The position numbers and the translations under genes were made by a program. This document shows, one piece after another, positions 27,064-38,778 of a DNA stretch of 64,000 bases. Below the pieces are notes generated by a model. The model was not told the DNA's origin. It made no database searches and saw only the letters and a program-made list of their open reading frames with translations. Location of the stretch: positions 19,577,118 to 19,641,117 of the forward strand of contig JAUZTB010000027.1 in the NCBI GenBank assembly GCA_034780895.1. The letters are read 5' to 3'. This DNA is from Rhynchobatus australiae (lineage: Eukaryota). Each line of letters starts with the position of its first letter. Position 1 is the first letter of the stretch.

Positions 27064-27300
27064 GCATAGAACAGTACAGCACAGGAACAGGCCCTTTGGC
27101 CCACAATGTCTGTGCTGAACTTGATGCCAAATTAAGCTAATCCCTTCTGGTTGCACATGATCTATATCCCTCCATTCCCTGCATATCTATGCGCCTATTT
27201 AGAAGCTTCTTAAATGCCTCTACTATATCTGCTTCCACCCCCGGCAGAGCATTCCAGGCAGCATCCTGGTAAACGTCTTCTGTACCCTCTCCAAAGAAGA
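27064..27300 (-). mobile_element. CR1 LINE 3' end fragment
   Basis: catagaacagtacagcacaggaacaggccctttggcccacaatgtctgtgctgaac is the reverse complement of the tail at 32640-32730. Confidence 0.8.
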
Positions 27301-27938
27301 TACATCTCTACTACAGATGGCAAGTGCTTCATCTCAGTGGAGATTGTTTTCTTTGCTGGCGCAGCCCAAGGTGTTTGAAACCTGCAGATGTGGGACCACT
27401 CCTGTGAGGCACTGCCTGATTTGCAGCTCCTTCACAGAAGTGGCATGGGAACAGTTCCTACATTGGGGTTGCCAATTGTGATGAACACCCCAGATAGAGT
27501 TGTTGCGGTGACTCTAACCTAAGTATGCTAGTGACTCTGTTCCCACAAATTGGGGCTGGGTTCAAAGCCATCCTTTTTGGTTCCTGTGGGTTTTACACAT
27601 TTAACAACAATTTCTAAAGGTTGACCCTGGCAACAATGAATGGTTTTATCAATGTTTTTGCTGTTTATGTTGCTTTTCAAATTGAAGTTACTGAATGGTA
27701 TCGACTAGCACATGTTTGTGTGGTGGTCAGTCATGTTGGTATTGCCTTAACCTGTAGCACTGGAGGGCTTTGGAGAAAAGCAACCTCTTACCTTTTGTGG
27801 TGAACAATTTACTTTTAACAGACTGAACTTCCCAACCACACAATTGCAACAATTTCCAACAGGAAAGTAGTCTTAACTTTAGTGTCAACTTTGACATTCA
27901 AACCTCTGAGTTTTAAAGTTTTGAGCTGTTGCTATTTG

Positions 27939-28240
27939 GGGAGGTGCTGTCTTTCAGCCAAGATGTTAATTTGAGACCCTCTTGGGTGTTATAAAAGATC
28001 AGTATTTCAAAATTGGGGAAACTGCTGTTCAATATTAATCCCTCAACCAAAACCCAAAAAAACACAAGATTATCTGTCCCCTATCACATTGCTGTTTGTG
28101 AGATCTTGCATCACTGAAACTGGTGGCTGCTTTACCTACATTATTGAAGTGAATATTCTTCAAATGTATTTCATTAGCTGTAAAGTGCTTTGGGACTTTT
28201 TGAAGTCTTTAAAGGCAAATTATAAATGCAAGTCTTTTTA
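27939..28240 (+). mobile_element. Deu-domain SINE (SacSINE1/AmnSINE1-related), central domain and 3' tail
   Basis: ggaggtgctgtctttc...taaaagatc...caatattaatccctcaaccaa...gattatctg...atcacattgctgtttgtg...ttcattagctgtaaagtgctttgggac...tataaatgcaagtcttt follows the DeuSINE consensus in order, as I recall it. Confidence 0.8.
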
Positions 28241-31200
28241 TCTAGAAAATGCACGTCTTTAACTGACAATTGTGGACAATCTATTCTTGTGTTTCAACAA
28301 TACCAATTCTGATGGAAGGTAGTTTTCATAATGTAAAAATATTAAAGCAGTAATGAGAATAAAAGTAATCAGATCAAAAATTAAAGTTAATTGAAGATTA
28401 GTCTTCTGTGGGATACATTTAAAAATGGTTGCCTTATTGCACTAGATGTCTGAGTGCAGAAATGAGGTGTCCGTACTCAGAAGACTGAGGAAAGCACTTG
28501 CAGTGAGTTTAATTTAATACATTTTGATCCCTGATGATTACATTATAATTAGTGCAGGGGGTGCACATACAAACAAATTACATTTGCCAACTTCAAATTA
28601 AAATTTTACTTGAATAGCATGCGGAAGTAACCTTCACTGGGTTGTAAATCCCGGTGGATGTCTGTAAAGCCCTAAGTCTTCCCAGTTTTATGTATATTCC
28701 AGTATGACTACATTGAGTAAGACTGTAGATCAGATGTATGTCCTTTTATTGTATTGGTATAAAAGTAAAACTAAAAGACTCTATAATTCTATTTTAAGAT
28801 AAAAGTTTTCATGAATGTCTACCTGGCATCATGCAGCAACATTTGGAAGTAAAGTGCCTCTCAAATTTGCAGTTTTAACCGGATAAAAATGATCAGGCAA
28901 CACTGAACTTTGGTTCTATGCCGCACATGATATCTTCTTGCTAGTGCTATTAATGAATCGTGCACAGTAAGAAAACACAGCTCAAAAATCTATTGGCTTG
29001 AAATTCAGGTTATGTAGTGTCTGTAAAATGAGAAAGTGAATTGATCAGTCTGCATCCTCATCCAAGAGAACTGTTAGTGCAGATTTAAAACCAGTCATGG
29101 AAGAGCATTTGATGTTGGAGGAAGAAAGCAACATCGGTTAAGGAAATCATAAAGAAAGAATGTATTGCAATGGCATTAGGGACTTAGTGGGAACTGTTAT
29201 AATAATTATGTCTGTTTGAAGAAAGGAAGCAACATGACGTTGTTTGTTAATGATATTTTAATCTTTAATATTTTGCACGTGTTTGCGTGAAAGAAGTGAA
29301 TTAGCTATTGAAAAATGGCACGTCATAAAAACCTTCATGCAGTTTGATTTAACACTGATAAAGAAGGAAAAATATAGATTGGTGCAGTTAGGTGGAAGTA
29401 AAAGTACTTCAATATTTATAATTCTGCAGAATAGTTATGCAGCTTTTCATTCCTGTATCTACCTTATGGCTATACCTGAACCGCTTCTTGTGCATTTCCC
29501 CAGATGTGTGGCCCTATACATAAAATGATGGGCAAAATTTATCAAAGATAAGTGCATTTAGTTTGGACCCACTTTTACTATGGCATGTTTATTTCCCATT
29601 GAATACATATAAATTAAGGGGGCAGTGGATGTGAATCAGTCCTACAATGCACTAATGGTTTGCCATTTTCAAATTTCACCAATCAAAATAGATATAAAGA
29701 TTTCCTTTAAATAATCTTTTCATGGTAATTTCTGAGGCCAGAACTAACAGCAATTACACATTTAAGCCCCAGCTGAAAGGGAAGCCTTGAAGAAATATCC
29801 ACCCCTCCACCACCCTAAACCACCCCAGTGCTACAAATAGATCAAACAATTTAGTTTGGTTTTTTTTACATTGCTGGTATGAACATTTGTGTGCAGCTCA
29901 AGGGGATGCTGTGCCTGAAGCTTGTCTTGGGCTTGAGCAAACCATAACAGCTATGTTTATGTGATGCTGCACTGGGTAATTTCTANNNNNNNNNNNNNNN
30001 NNNNNNNNNNNNNNNNNNNNNNNNNNNNNNNNNNNNNNNNNNNNNNNNNNNNNNNNNNNNNNNNNNNNNNNNNNNNNNNNNNNNNNNNNNNNNNNNNNNN
30101 NNNNNNNNNNNNNNNNNNNNNNNNNNNNNNNNNNNNNNNNNNNNNNNNNNNNNNNNNNNNNNNNNNNNNNNNNNNNNNNNNNNNNNNNNNNNNNNNNNNN
30201 NNNNNNNNNNNNNNNNNNNNNNNNNNNNNNNNNNNNNNNNNNNNNNNNNNNNNNNNNNNNNNNNNNNNNNNNNNNNNNNNNNNNNNNNNNNNNNNNNNNN
30301 NNNNNNNNNNNNNNNNNNNNNNNNNNNNNNNNNNNNNNNNNNNNNNNNNNNNNNNNNNNNNNNNNNNNNNNNNNNNNNNNNNNNNNNNNNNNNNNNNNNN
30401 NNNNNNNNNNNNNNNNNNNNNNNNNNNNNNNNNNNNNNNNTCACCTCCACTAGGAAGCTTGATACTCTTATGTATTATTTAGACTTTTCCCCTAAGACGC
30501 TGTTTCTACAAATAACTGGTCTATGTCAGAACAGTAACTGTTTCACTTTTTCTCAACTCCGAGCTTACCAATTACCAGTAAATTGCTCCAGCTAGAGAGA
30601 CGGACTGTTCATTAGCTTGTTGCTGTTAGTCAAAATGTAACTGAGCAGAGGTCTGAATGAGTGGCAGGGAAATTGCTTTGAAAGTACCTTATTTAGTGAT
30701 ACCCTTATACATTAATTTTCTATCCTAGCCCCTTTGCTTACCTACCAAACAACAATATATCTATTTCAAAGAAAACATTGCCAAGATTCTGAGGCAGTAA
30801 GTAAACACCAGCCCTTTAGTTTATAATTTTTGCATTGAGTCAGTGTGAAGTGAGTATCTTCCCCAAATTTTAGAAAATTTCCAAATTAAATTTGGTAGAC
30901 GCTGTGAAATAAAGCTAGATTTGGACTAAAGTAGGACTCATTTTAAATATTTCAGTATTTCTTGGCCAGTGTAATTTAGAATATAATTCTTGGTACTGAC
31001 TTACAGAAGCTTTTGTATTTTAATAAAGATACTGCTGGTGTGGGAAAGCAGTGCATTTACTTTTAGTTAAAGTCTAAATTAATTTTTTTGCAAATTTGTG
31101 TTTCGTGTTGCCCCATATATCCAGTTCCCAGAGATTTTGTATGAATAAGCTGAATATTGAAGGATTGACTTGCGTCAAACCTGTCATGTGTCTTAGATTA

Positions 31201-31934
31201 GAATTTCAATCTTGCAAATTGCCTGACTGTAGAGTCTTTGAATTAGAATTCTACAGCTAAAAGTTGTGGTTTATGGTAAATAGTTTCAGTGGATTTTTGT
31301 TGATTGAATGTTAACAGGTGATGGTGGAACAGTTCTCTTGACTCTTATGATTTTTCTCTCAGGATAAACTTGGGTTCTTCCCCACTTTTTTCTTTATTAA
31401 TCTCTGTGATCAGTGCCAGTGTCCTCTTGTATAGCTGTCCAAAAATTCCAGTAATCACGTGGAAAGGCCTGTCTTAACGTGCTCACCCCACCCATATTTC
31501 CACTGTTGTTCGTATGACAATACCTTCAATTTGAATCTTTCCTGTAAGCTATGAATTGGAATCAAAGTTTAGGAATCCAAGAACCCTCAAAAATAATTTC
31601 AGGCAACAAACTTAAGGGAGGGACCAAAGCCACAGGAAACAAAGCCACATCCAGGAAAAGTAACAAAGGCTGGAATAGGATTCATTGATATGTGGTTAGT
31701 AACTGTACTTTGTACAAACAGGGTGGATGTTAACATACTCAAAAGATGGTTCAGTGTATGGGAGATGGGTGATCAAATTACCAAGATGAAGATAAATGGT
31801 TTGTGCTGGTCTACATATACCAAATAAGTTTGAATAGGAGATAAAAAGAAGCTATATAATATGGTGAAGGAAGGCCATGTTGAACTAAAAAAAATTGGTT
31901 AAGTAATAACAGACATTAAGGGATGTTATAATGT

Positions 31935-32210
31935 ACTGGTAATGCTATTACAGCATTATGCATAATGCTATTACAGCGCCAGCGACCCAGGTTCAACTCC
32001 AGCTGCTGTCTGTAAGGAGTTTGTACGTTCTCTCTGTGTCTGCATGCGCTTCCTCCGGGTGCCCTGGGTTCCTCCTACATTCCAAAGACGTATGGGTTAG
32101 GAAGTTGTGGGCATGCTATATTGGCGCTGGAAGCATAGCGACACTTATGAGCTGCCCCCAGAACAGTCTATGCAAAAGATGTACATGTGACTAATAACGG
32201 TATCTTATGT
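31935..32210 (+). mobile_element. tRNA-derived V-SINE (short variant)
   Basis: B-box caggttcaactcc and V domain gtaaggagtttgtacgttctc...ttcctccgggtg...cattccaaagacg. Same family as 44355-44647 and 45050-45495. Confidence 0.8.
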
Positions 32211-32321
32211 TACTGAATGAATAATCCAGAGAATATCCATTCAAATATAATTCACCACAGAAGTTTGAGAAATTATTTTTAAAAATACTAGAGGCAAAAA
32301 GCAGTATCAGTAAGGGAGATT

Positions 32322-32730
32322 ACAAATGTGAGGGGAAAAGTTTAAAGGAGATTGTGTGGGGCATGTGTTTTCTTACATAGAGTGCTAAGTACCTGGGACA
32401 TGCTGCCAGGGTGGTGGTGGAAGCGGATATGATAGTGGTGTTAAAGAGGGGATAGGTACATGGAGCTGAGAAAAATAGAGGGCTATGGGTAAGCCTAGTA
32501 AACCCTAAGGTAGGGACAAGTTCAGCACAGCTTTATGGGCCAAAGGGCCTGAATTGTGCTGTAGGTTTTCTATGTTTTGGTGCTTTAGGTAGGTACATGA
32601 ATTTGCAGGGAACGGAGCTATAGGGATCATGTGCAGGCAGAAGGAATTAGTTCAATTTGGCATCATGTTCAACATAGACATTATGGGCTGAAAAGGGCCT
32701 GTTCCTGTGCTGTACTGTTCTATGTTCTAT
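32322..32730 (+). mobile_element. CR1 3' end containing a second, different CR1 3' tail (about 32450-32580)
   Basis: The outer element (ggggaaaagtttaaaggagat...gggcctgttcctgtgctgtactgttctatgttctat) is interrupted by ggataggtacatggagctgagaaaaatagagggctatgggtaagc...gtaggttttctatgtt, the reverse complement of 62836-63063. Confidence 0.8.
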
Positions 32731-33099
32731 AAAGGTGATAAATTAACTAACATCTAATTGGTTCAGCATTATCATTTAGGGAAGGAAAACTGCTGTTCTT
32801 ATCTTGCCCAAAGTACACCCCCTTTGATGTTTATAGAGTGTTTTATTCCATTGCAGGTCACTTTTGGAAGCAGTTTCAAACATACACTTGCCACTATATA
32901 GTATGTTGAGTGCTGCTGAATTTCTGGATGTATGCAACTCTGGTTCCATGGCAATCTGGATGATTTATAATTTCAGGGCAGTCAGTTGTATCTGCGATTG
33001 GACAATAAATATCTGCATTACCAGCAATGTCCACTTCTCAAGGATGAATTTAAAAAACCAGCNNNNCAGCATAAACGGGGAAAGAACGAACAGATAGGG

Positions 33100-34330
33100 T
33101 AGGTTATTCAAAAATGTTAGAAATCTAGCAGCAGGGGAAGGAGCACACGTGGACCCTCAAATAGAGATATGTCTGCATAGAGATGGAGCAGTATAAAGAG
33201 TAAACATAAAGGTCTAAGGAAGCCACAACATCAGAGAGGTCTCAGGGGAAACTGATTCACTTGGGATACACTTAAATGAGGCAAAGCTACTGGTGGCAGC
33301 TTGTTGCAGACTTTCAAACCAAGTATCTAATAGTGATCAGATATTTCACAGGGAAGTGAGGAAAGCATCCAGCAGTGGCAATGTTTTAATAAATGGGGGA
33401 TTTAGACCTTAAAAGGAGGTTGGGCGTGCTTGGAATTGAGAATTTCTGAAAATGGTATAGGGCAGCAGCATGAACTGAAATGTCTTGGGAGGCCTAAAAA
33501 TAAAGCTGCACTTGACCTAGTGCTGCTGAACAATAGGTGCATTATCGTAAGGGTTGAGGTGAGGGCACAGCTGGTAAATGAGGTCCCTTGGTTTGGTGAA
33601 AGGAAAGAGAAAGCCCAGAGCATGTGTTGGATTATTAAACTTCAGAGAGAGAGATTTTAGAAAGGTCCTCACATCGATAAGAGGAGAATGGGGTAGTGCT
33701 GAAGAGAAATCTACATAAAACAGGTGTAAATTTAGTGTGTCTTTGTCAAAGAGTAGAAAGTAGTTTGGCTTTTTGGAATAAAGCAAGGGTATTTGAATTG
33801 GTATAGAAGATAGTCAAAGTCAACAAAGGGAAAGTTCAAAGTGTAAAGCACTGATGAAAGAGCCAAACTTGCATACAAATTCAAATTCATTTAGGAAATC
33901 AAGACAACTAGCAATAAAGCATGTTTAAGTGTGCTGGCAAAGATTGATGTTGGAAGTCAGTGAAATTAAAGGATGAAAACTATTAACTTGCCCTTTCAGA
34001 CATTGGCTGGATGGGGTTGAATAACATCCAAGTAAATTAAACAACTTGGTCAGATGGAATTTTTAGGAACGTAGAAAGAGAAGCAGACAATTCAGTCCCA
34101 GGAGGATGTTCAGGCATTTAGTTTGTTCATGATTGATACATATCTCAACTCTTTCTTCCCACCTTTTCCCAATGTCCTTTCACAAACGCACCAAAAAAAA
34201 GATAAGTTAACCTCAGTCTTGTAAAGTTCACTTTCAGACCCAGCAGTATTTTGGGGGAAGAAGTCACTACCCTTAAGAAAGAAAAACTGTTGATCACTAA
34301 CTGGGCTGGCTCTAATTTGTTTCAACACTG
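33100..34330 (+). mobile_element. Old decayed CR1-like ORF2 (endonuclease region)
   Basis: RPKNKAALDLVLLNNRCIIVRVEVRAQL resembles CR1 PTRxxAILDLVLxNxxxxIxxVxVxEPL; an upstream MGDx motif (atgggggattt) is present. Confidence 0.5.
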
Positions 34331-34439
34331 TTGGGGAATTCAGGGACCAGTCACAAAGGATTCAACAGCTCTTTAAGTTCACATAGTCTATAAGTACAAG
34401 GTTCTTAACTCGTACAATATCCTGTTCACTTTTTTTGTT

Positions 34440-34803
34440 GCTCCACAGTGGCTCCCACGTTTGCAGCATCTTGATTTTCAAAATTCACCCATGTTTTCAA
34501 GCCTGTCCATGGCTCTTCTTACCTGTCTCTGAAATCTCCTCCCACTTTGCTTGCCTTTGCAACATCTATGTCTCATAATCATCCCTAAATGAGATTGCTT
34601 CACCATAAACGGCTGTAGATTCAGTTGCCAAGGCATTAAGTTCTGGACACCTTTCCCTGTGCCGACAGGCTAATTAGAATGCTATTGACCATCTCTCCTG
34701 ATATCTTCTCATGGCAATACTGACAGATTTTGTTTGATAATGCTGCTGTGAAGCACTTTGGGACATTTTGCTGCATTAAGCGACCTATGTAACTGCAAGT
34801 TGA
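34440..34803 (+). mobile_element. L2 LINE 3' end
   Basis: ttgattttcaaaattc (DFKI), ttcagttgccaaggcattaagttctgga, and the tail gctgctgtgaagcactttgggacattttgctgcattaag...tgcaagttg, which resembles the DeuSINE tail at 28180-28240. Confidence 0.6.
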
Positions 34804-35140
34804 TCATCTTGCTATAAATGAGGAACTGGAGTCTTGAATAAATATTTCATTATGGAGGGTGTAGTTGAGATATGCCTTGAGAAGAGAAAGTGGGAAAATG
34901 CTTATGGACAGTCCCTGTTTCAGTAATAATTAGTCTGTAGAGCATAGGCAGGTAGAGTGCTTCCTGGGCTGAAATGGTTTGCAAATGTTGTCTCTGTACC
35001 TGAATGCTTTTCTCATGAGGGGAAGCTGAAGAAAGAAGTATCTTTTGTACAAAAAGAAAAACATGTTTCTAACATAAAATGCAATGGCAATAAGTATGAG
35101 AGGTGTTAAATCCTAATTTTTTCCCCCTTTTTTGTTTAAG

Positions 35141-35372
35141 CACTTGCAGCAGCACGACAGCACGGTGGAGGCCGAAGCATGTTACTACCATTGTTCACTG
35201 TGTAACTACTCTACCAAGGCAAAACTTAACCTGATCCAGCACGTCCGCTCCATGAAACACCAACGCAGTGAGAGCCTACGCAAATTACAACGGCTGCAGA
35301 AGGGTTTGCCAGAGGATGACGATGACCTTGGGCAGATCTTCACCATTCGCAAGTGTCCTGCTGCTGAGACTG
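35141..35372 (+). CDS. ZFHX3: Internal coding exon of zinc finger homeobox 3 (ATBF1), 232 bp, one C2H2 finger
   Basis: Acceptor ttttttcccccttttttgtttaag|CAC and donor ACTG|gtaagt. It translates [73 protein letters not shown], closely matching human ZFHX3 ([73 protein letters not shown]) and unlike ZFHX4. The length and phase 0 to 1 match the human 232-bp exon as I recall it. Confidence 0.97.
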
Positions 35373-36959
35373 GTAAGTACCCACTGGTTTTTAACACACA
35401 TCTTGCAAAGCTAGTTGAATCCTTTTTCACTGACCTGCCAAAGTCTGGAGGTTAATAAACTCATTTAAGAAAATTGTTTCTTGACACGAGTTAATTCATC
35501 AAAATACTTCAGATAGTGGAATATGTTTGATGTAGATTCTAAAGGGAATAAATCAATTTAACCACTACGGTAGATTTTATTTCTTTTATGGAGAGCACAT
35601 TAAAAATAGGAACCAATCTGAGGTAATCGTCTCATCTTTTTAAAACAAATCTTCTTAGAAAGCCATGAACAACGTATGATTTGATATTCCCATTCACTGG
35701 ACCAACAAAAGGACCTTGAATGTGATTCAGTTACCCTTGTCTTACCTTCTACTGGAGCTGGCATTAATGGCAATAATTACAGCAGTGAGACACAGTGGTA
35801 TATTTGAACTAAATGCTCCTCGTATGCAAGAGAATAGACCTGTAGTCTTGGGACAATTATAAAGCAGTAACTGATCACAGTTAAACATTACCATCTACCT
35901 CATGTATAATGAGTTTCTTTAGTGCAGGATAATGGTGCCAACTTTATTTTTGTTAATGTATGCAAAATATTTAAGTAAAGATGTATTTTAATAAAATGTA
36001 AGCAATAATTCTACCAATAGCAAAAGGCTTCATGACATTAACCAGAGGGCATATTTTACTCTCCCTGTACTTGTCAGCACTTCAAGAAGCAGCCATCAAG
36101 TGAACATAGACATCGGCACAAAAATTGGGTCTCATGACAAAACTAATGACTTATCGGCCTCAAATAAATGCATTTGAACAGTATTTATTTCATAAGGGGG
36201 TTGGCAAAGAGAAGGAACACTGAATGCAAAAACTAATGCTAAAAGCTGTAAATAATTGAATTATCTAGAAGTGTGGGCAGTTCAGTGTGTATTTAAATGG
36301 CTCTGCAGTGAATATTCTGATCATAGGCTTATGGTTGTGGTACTAAAAAGCAAAATAGAAGTCATAAGTTCAAAGTGTGACATTGAATCAATACATCTGA
36401 ATATTTGTGGATTGGCATCAGTAAAGCACTGCCCAGTTACGGTGAATCTGAACTGGTTTACCCATATCCTCCAGGAAATGAAACTTGCTCATCCAACCTA
36501 GCCTAGTGTAGTTGTGTTCTTTGTGTCCAGAGGTACACAACAGTAAAAAGTCCAAAATGGACAGAACTGCATTAGGCAGTTCTTCGATGATTTAAGATGA
36601 ATTAGCTCTATGAATATCCAGGTCATTGGACATGACTGTTGACCACCAGCTGAGATGTATTCCTTTTAAAAAAAAGTTGCAGATCTTGATGTGAGAGTAG
36701 TTGCATGGTTCCTTCATGAAGCCACTAACTACAAGAAATTGGATCGATTAATGCCCACAGTTTAATGTGCAATTCACACAAAAATTATCTCCTGGTGAAA
36801 TTGTGCCCATACAATTGCAACAGGCACTTGGTGTTTCACCGGCATTAGACACACACCAAGTGGCACTACTCACAACAGTTAATTTCCCTCTTGTGTAATG
36901 GATGTTAGCTCAAAGGTGCAATCTATGACAGTCTCATTTCTAAGAGGAACACTTTGCAC

Positions 36960-38560
36960 TGCCTTGCTATTTAAAGGGACGCACTGCTGACATCGGGGAA
37001 ACCTGATTGAACAGTTTCCGAGATCACTGCAGGCTACTCAAATGCCCTTCAAAGTCCAGGGAGAGTGCTAAGATAATAGAGGATGTTTTCTCTGGCACTA
37101 AGCTCCTGACGTACTCATTCCATGGATGCATCAGTGGTGACGCCACTGGTGGCACTCCATTAATTAATCTTCCTAGCTGAGGCATGGCAGAGTCTGTGAC
37201 GATGCTGGAAGCTACCACAAAGTTTCACTTATCTCTTCACAAGGTGGAATATGATTTGCCCTGATTGAGCTTGCATTTGCATGGTACTATTGTGTTCAGA
37301 ATCATTTACAACAGCAACAAAATCAAATAATTAAAACAATCTTAACATTTGGTGTGCACTTTAACACCTTCGTGCCTTACCCATTTCACAACCTTGTACA
37401 TGGGTCTCAACATCCTGACACCATGTCACATTGTCCACAGTGTGGATACTGCAAGGCTGCTTTTGTTCACTTTAATTGTCCTTGATGACACAGGAGAAAC
37501 TCACCCTATGTGGGTCGGCTTCATTCAGGCTACTGTCCAAAGCTGTAGGGGCTGAGGGATCATGGGGTAGGCGAAGTGGTGCCCATGTGAGGGGAGATGG
37601 CAGCACCCTGAACCTGCACACGAGTCATCCACTTGGGACATGGTAGGCAAAGCTCCAGCCTTCTGTTGGCCCTCAGAATATTGCCCCATTATTTCAACCT
37701 GCAGCTAATATGGCTGACACACCCTGATCACAGGTGTCTGGTTCCTGCTGTATGCACTCTTCTCCTTGAAAGCAGTTCCATGCATGATATGAGCAGGACT
37801 CTGCTGGTGATGAAGAAGGGTCTGAATGGCGGAAGGTTGGGCATAGTGCTACTCCTGCAGGAGAGAGACCAGTCCCACGTGCATGTCCCTGCTCACGCAG
37901 GGGAGCCATCTCCTGATGTGGAGCATCTCCCTGTCCATGGAAGCCAGTGAACGACTCTCACACTGTATCCTTTGCTCCGGGACAACCCTCAACTGCAGCA
38001 TTTCTCTGTCCAGTGACATCTCTCAACTCAATGAGGACCTCAAGCTAACTCCTTGGTGACCTAATACTTTTCGTTTAGAGGCTGAGGCTGCTCCTGTGTG
38101 GCAGAGACCAGAGCTCTAACTGGATCAGGGTGTGGGTGTATAGAAGACTTCATCTGGCTTCCGGCTGTGTCTCCATAACAGTTGTCACTCGAACCCAGTG
38201 AACCCTATGTGAAGAATTGTCACTGATCACCAGCAGAGGCACTCTGTGTGGAAGTCATGGTCTCCTGGCTCTGGACAAGCTCCTATGAGAGCTGGCAGGT
38301 GGTCTCCTCCACCCTACTTGGCATCTCCTGCATTCAGTCCCAACAGCTCACTATAAGCCTTGTTTTGAAAGTATCACCATCACAGTTCTCATCTGAGCTC
38401 CACCCACCTTTGAAGAGCCCCGCATCACCTTTGTTTTAGGCTGGTGCCAGTCTGCTGGTATTCAGTGTATCTCCCTGTGACATGTATCCCTCTGACCTCA
38501 GTTACTCATCCCTCATGGTGCCTGTCTCTGTGATGGCGCTGACAGGTGTTGCGCACAATC
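36960..38560 (+). mobile_element. GC-richer decayed repeat, possibly a second Harbinger Myb/SANT-type remnant
   Basis: Compositionally distinct block. tttaaaggga...gctgaggcatggcagag (AEAWQ)...aagtttcacttatctc loosely follows the Myb/SANT exon layout. No intact ORF. Confidence 0.3.
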
Positions 38561-38649
38561 AATGAGGCACCATCAGCNNNNNNNNNNGTGGGGGGGGGGG
38601 GGGGGCATGGGGGGGGGGGGGGGGGGGTCGGTGATGTTAGGTCAGTACC

Positions 38650-38778
38650 CCGTAACTACACCCTGGTCCCTGAGACTACACCGTAACTACAGCCCACTCC
38701 CTGAGACTGTAGCTGGGGCAGTACACTGTAACTACACCCTAGTCCCTGAAGTCTGTACACTGTCACCACAGCCCCCTC
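38650..38778 (+). repeat. Degenerate minisatellite, 3.5 units of 31-45 bp
   Basis: Units start at 38650 (ccgtaactacaccctggtccctgagactaca), 38681 (ccgtaactacagcccactccctgagactgta...), 38726 (ctgtaactacaccctagtccctgaagtctgtaca) and 38760 (ctgtcaccacagccccctc). Confidence 0.75.

Noticed and set aside
32453-32599. 10-bp direct repeat taggtacatg as a TSD of the inner CR1
   Set aside because: The motif is intrinsic to both CR1 families, and the outer element resumes upstream of the second copy, so this is homology rather than a TSD.
38650-38778. Repeat-spacer-like pattern suggesting CRISPR
   Set aside because: Vertebrate DNA, degenerate adjacent units without unique spacers, and no cas genes; this is a minisatellite.
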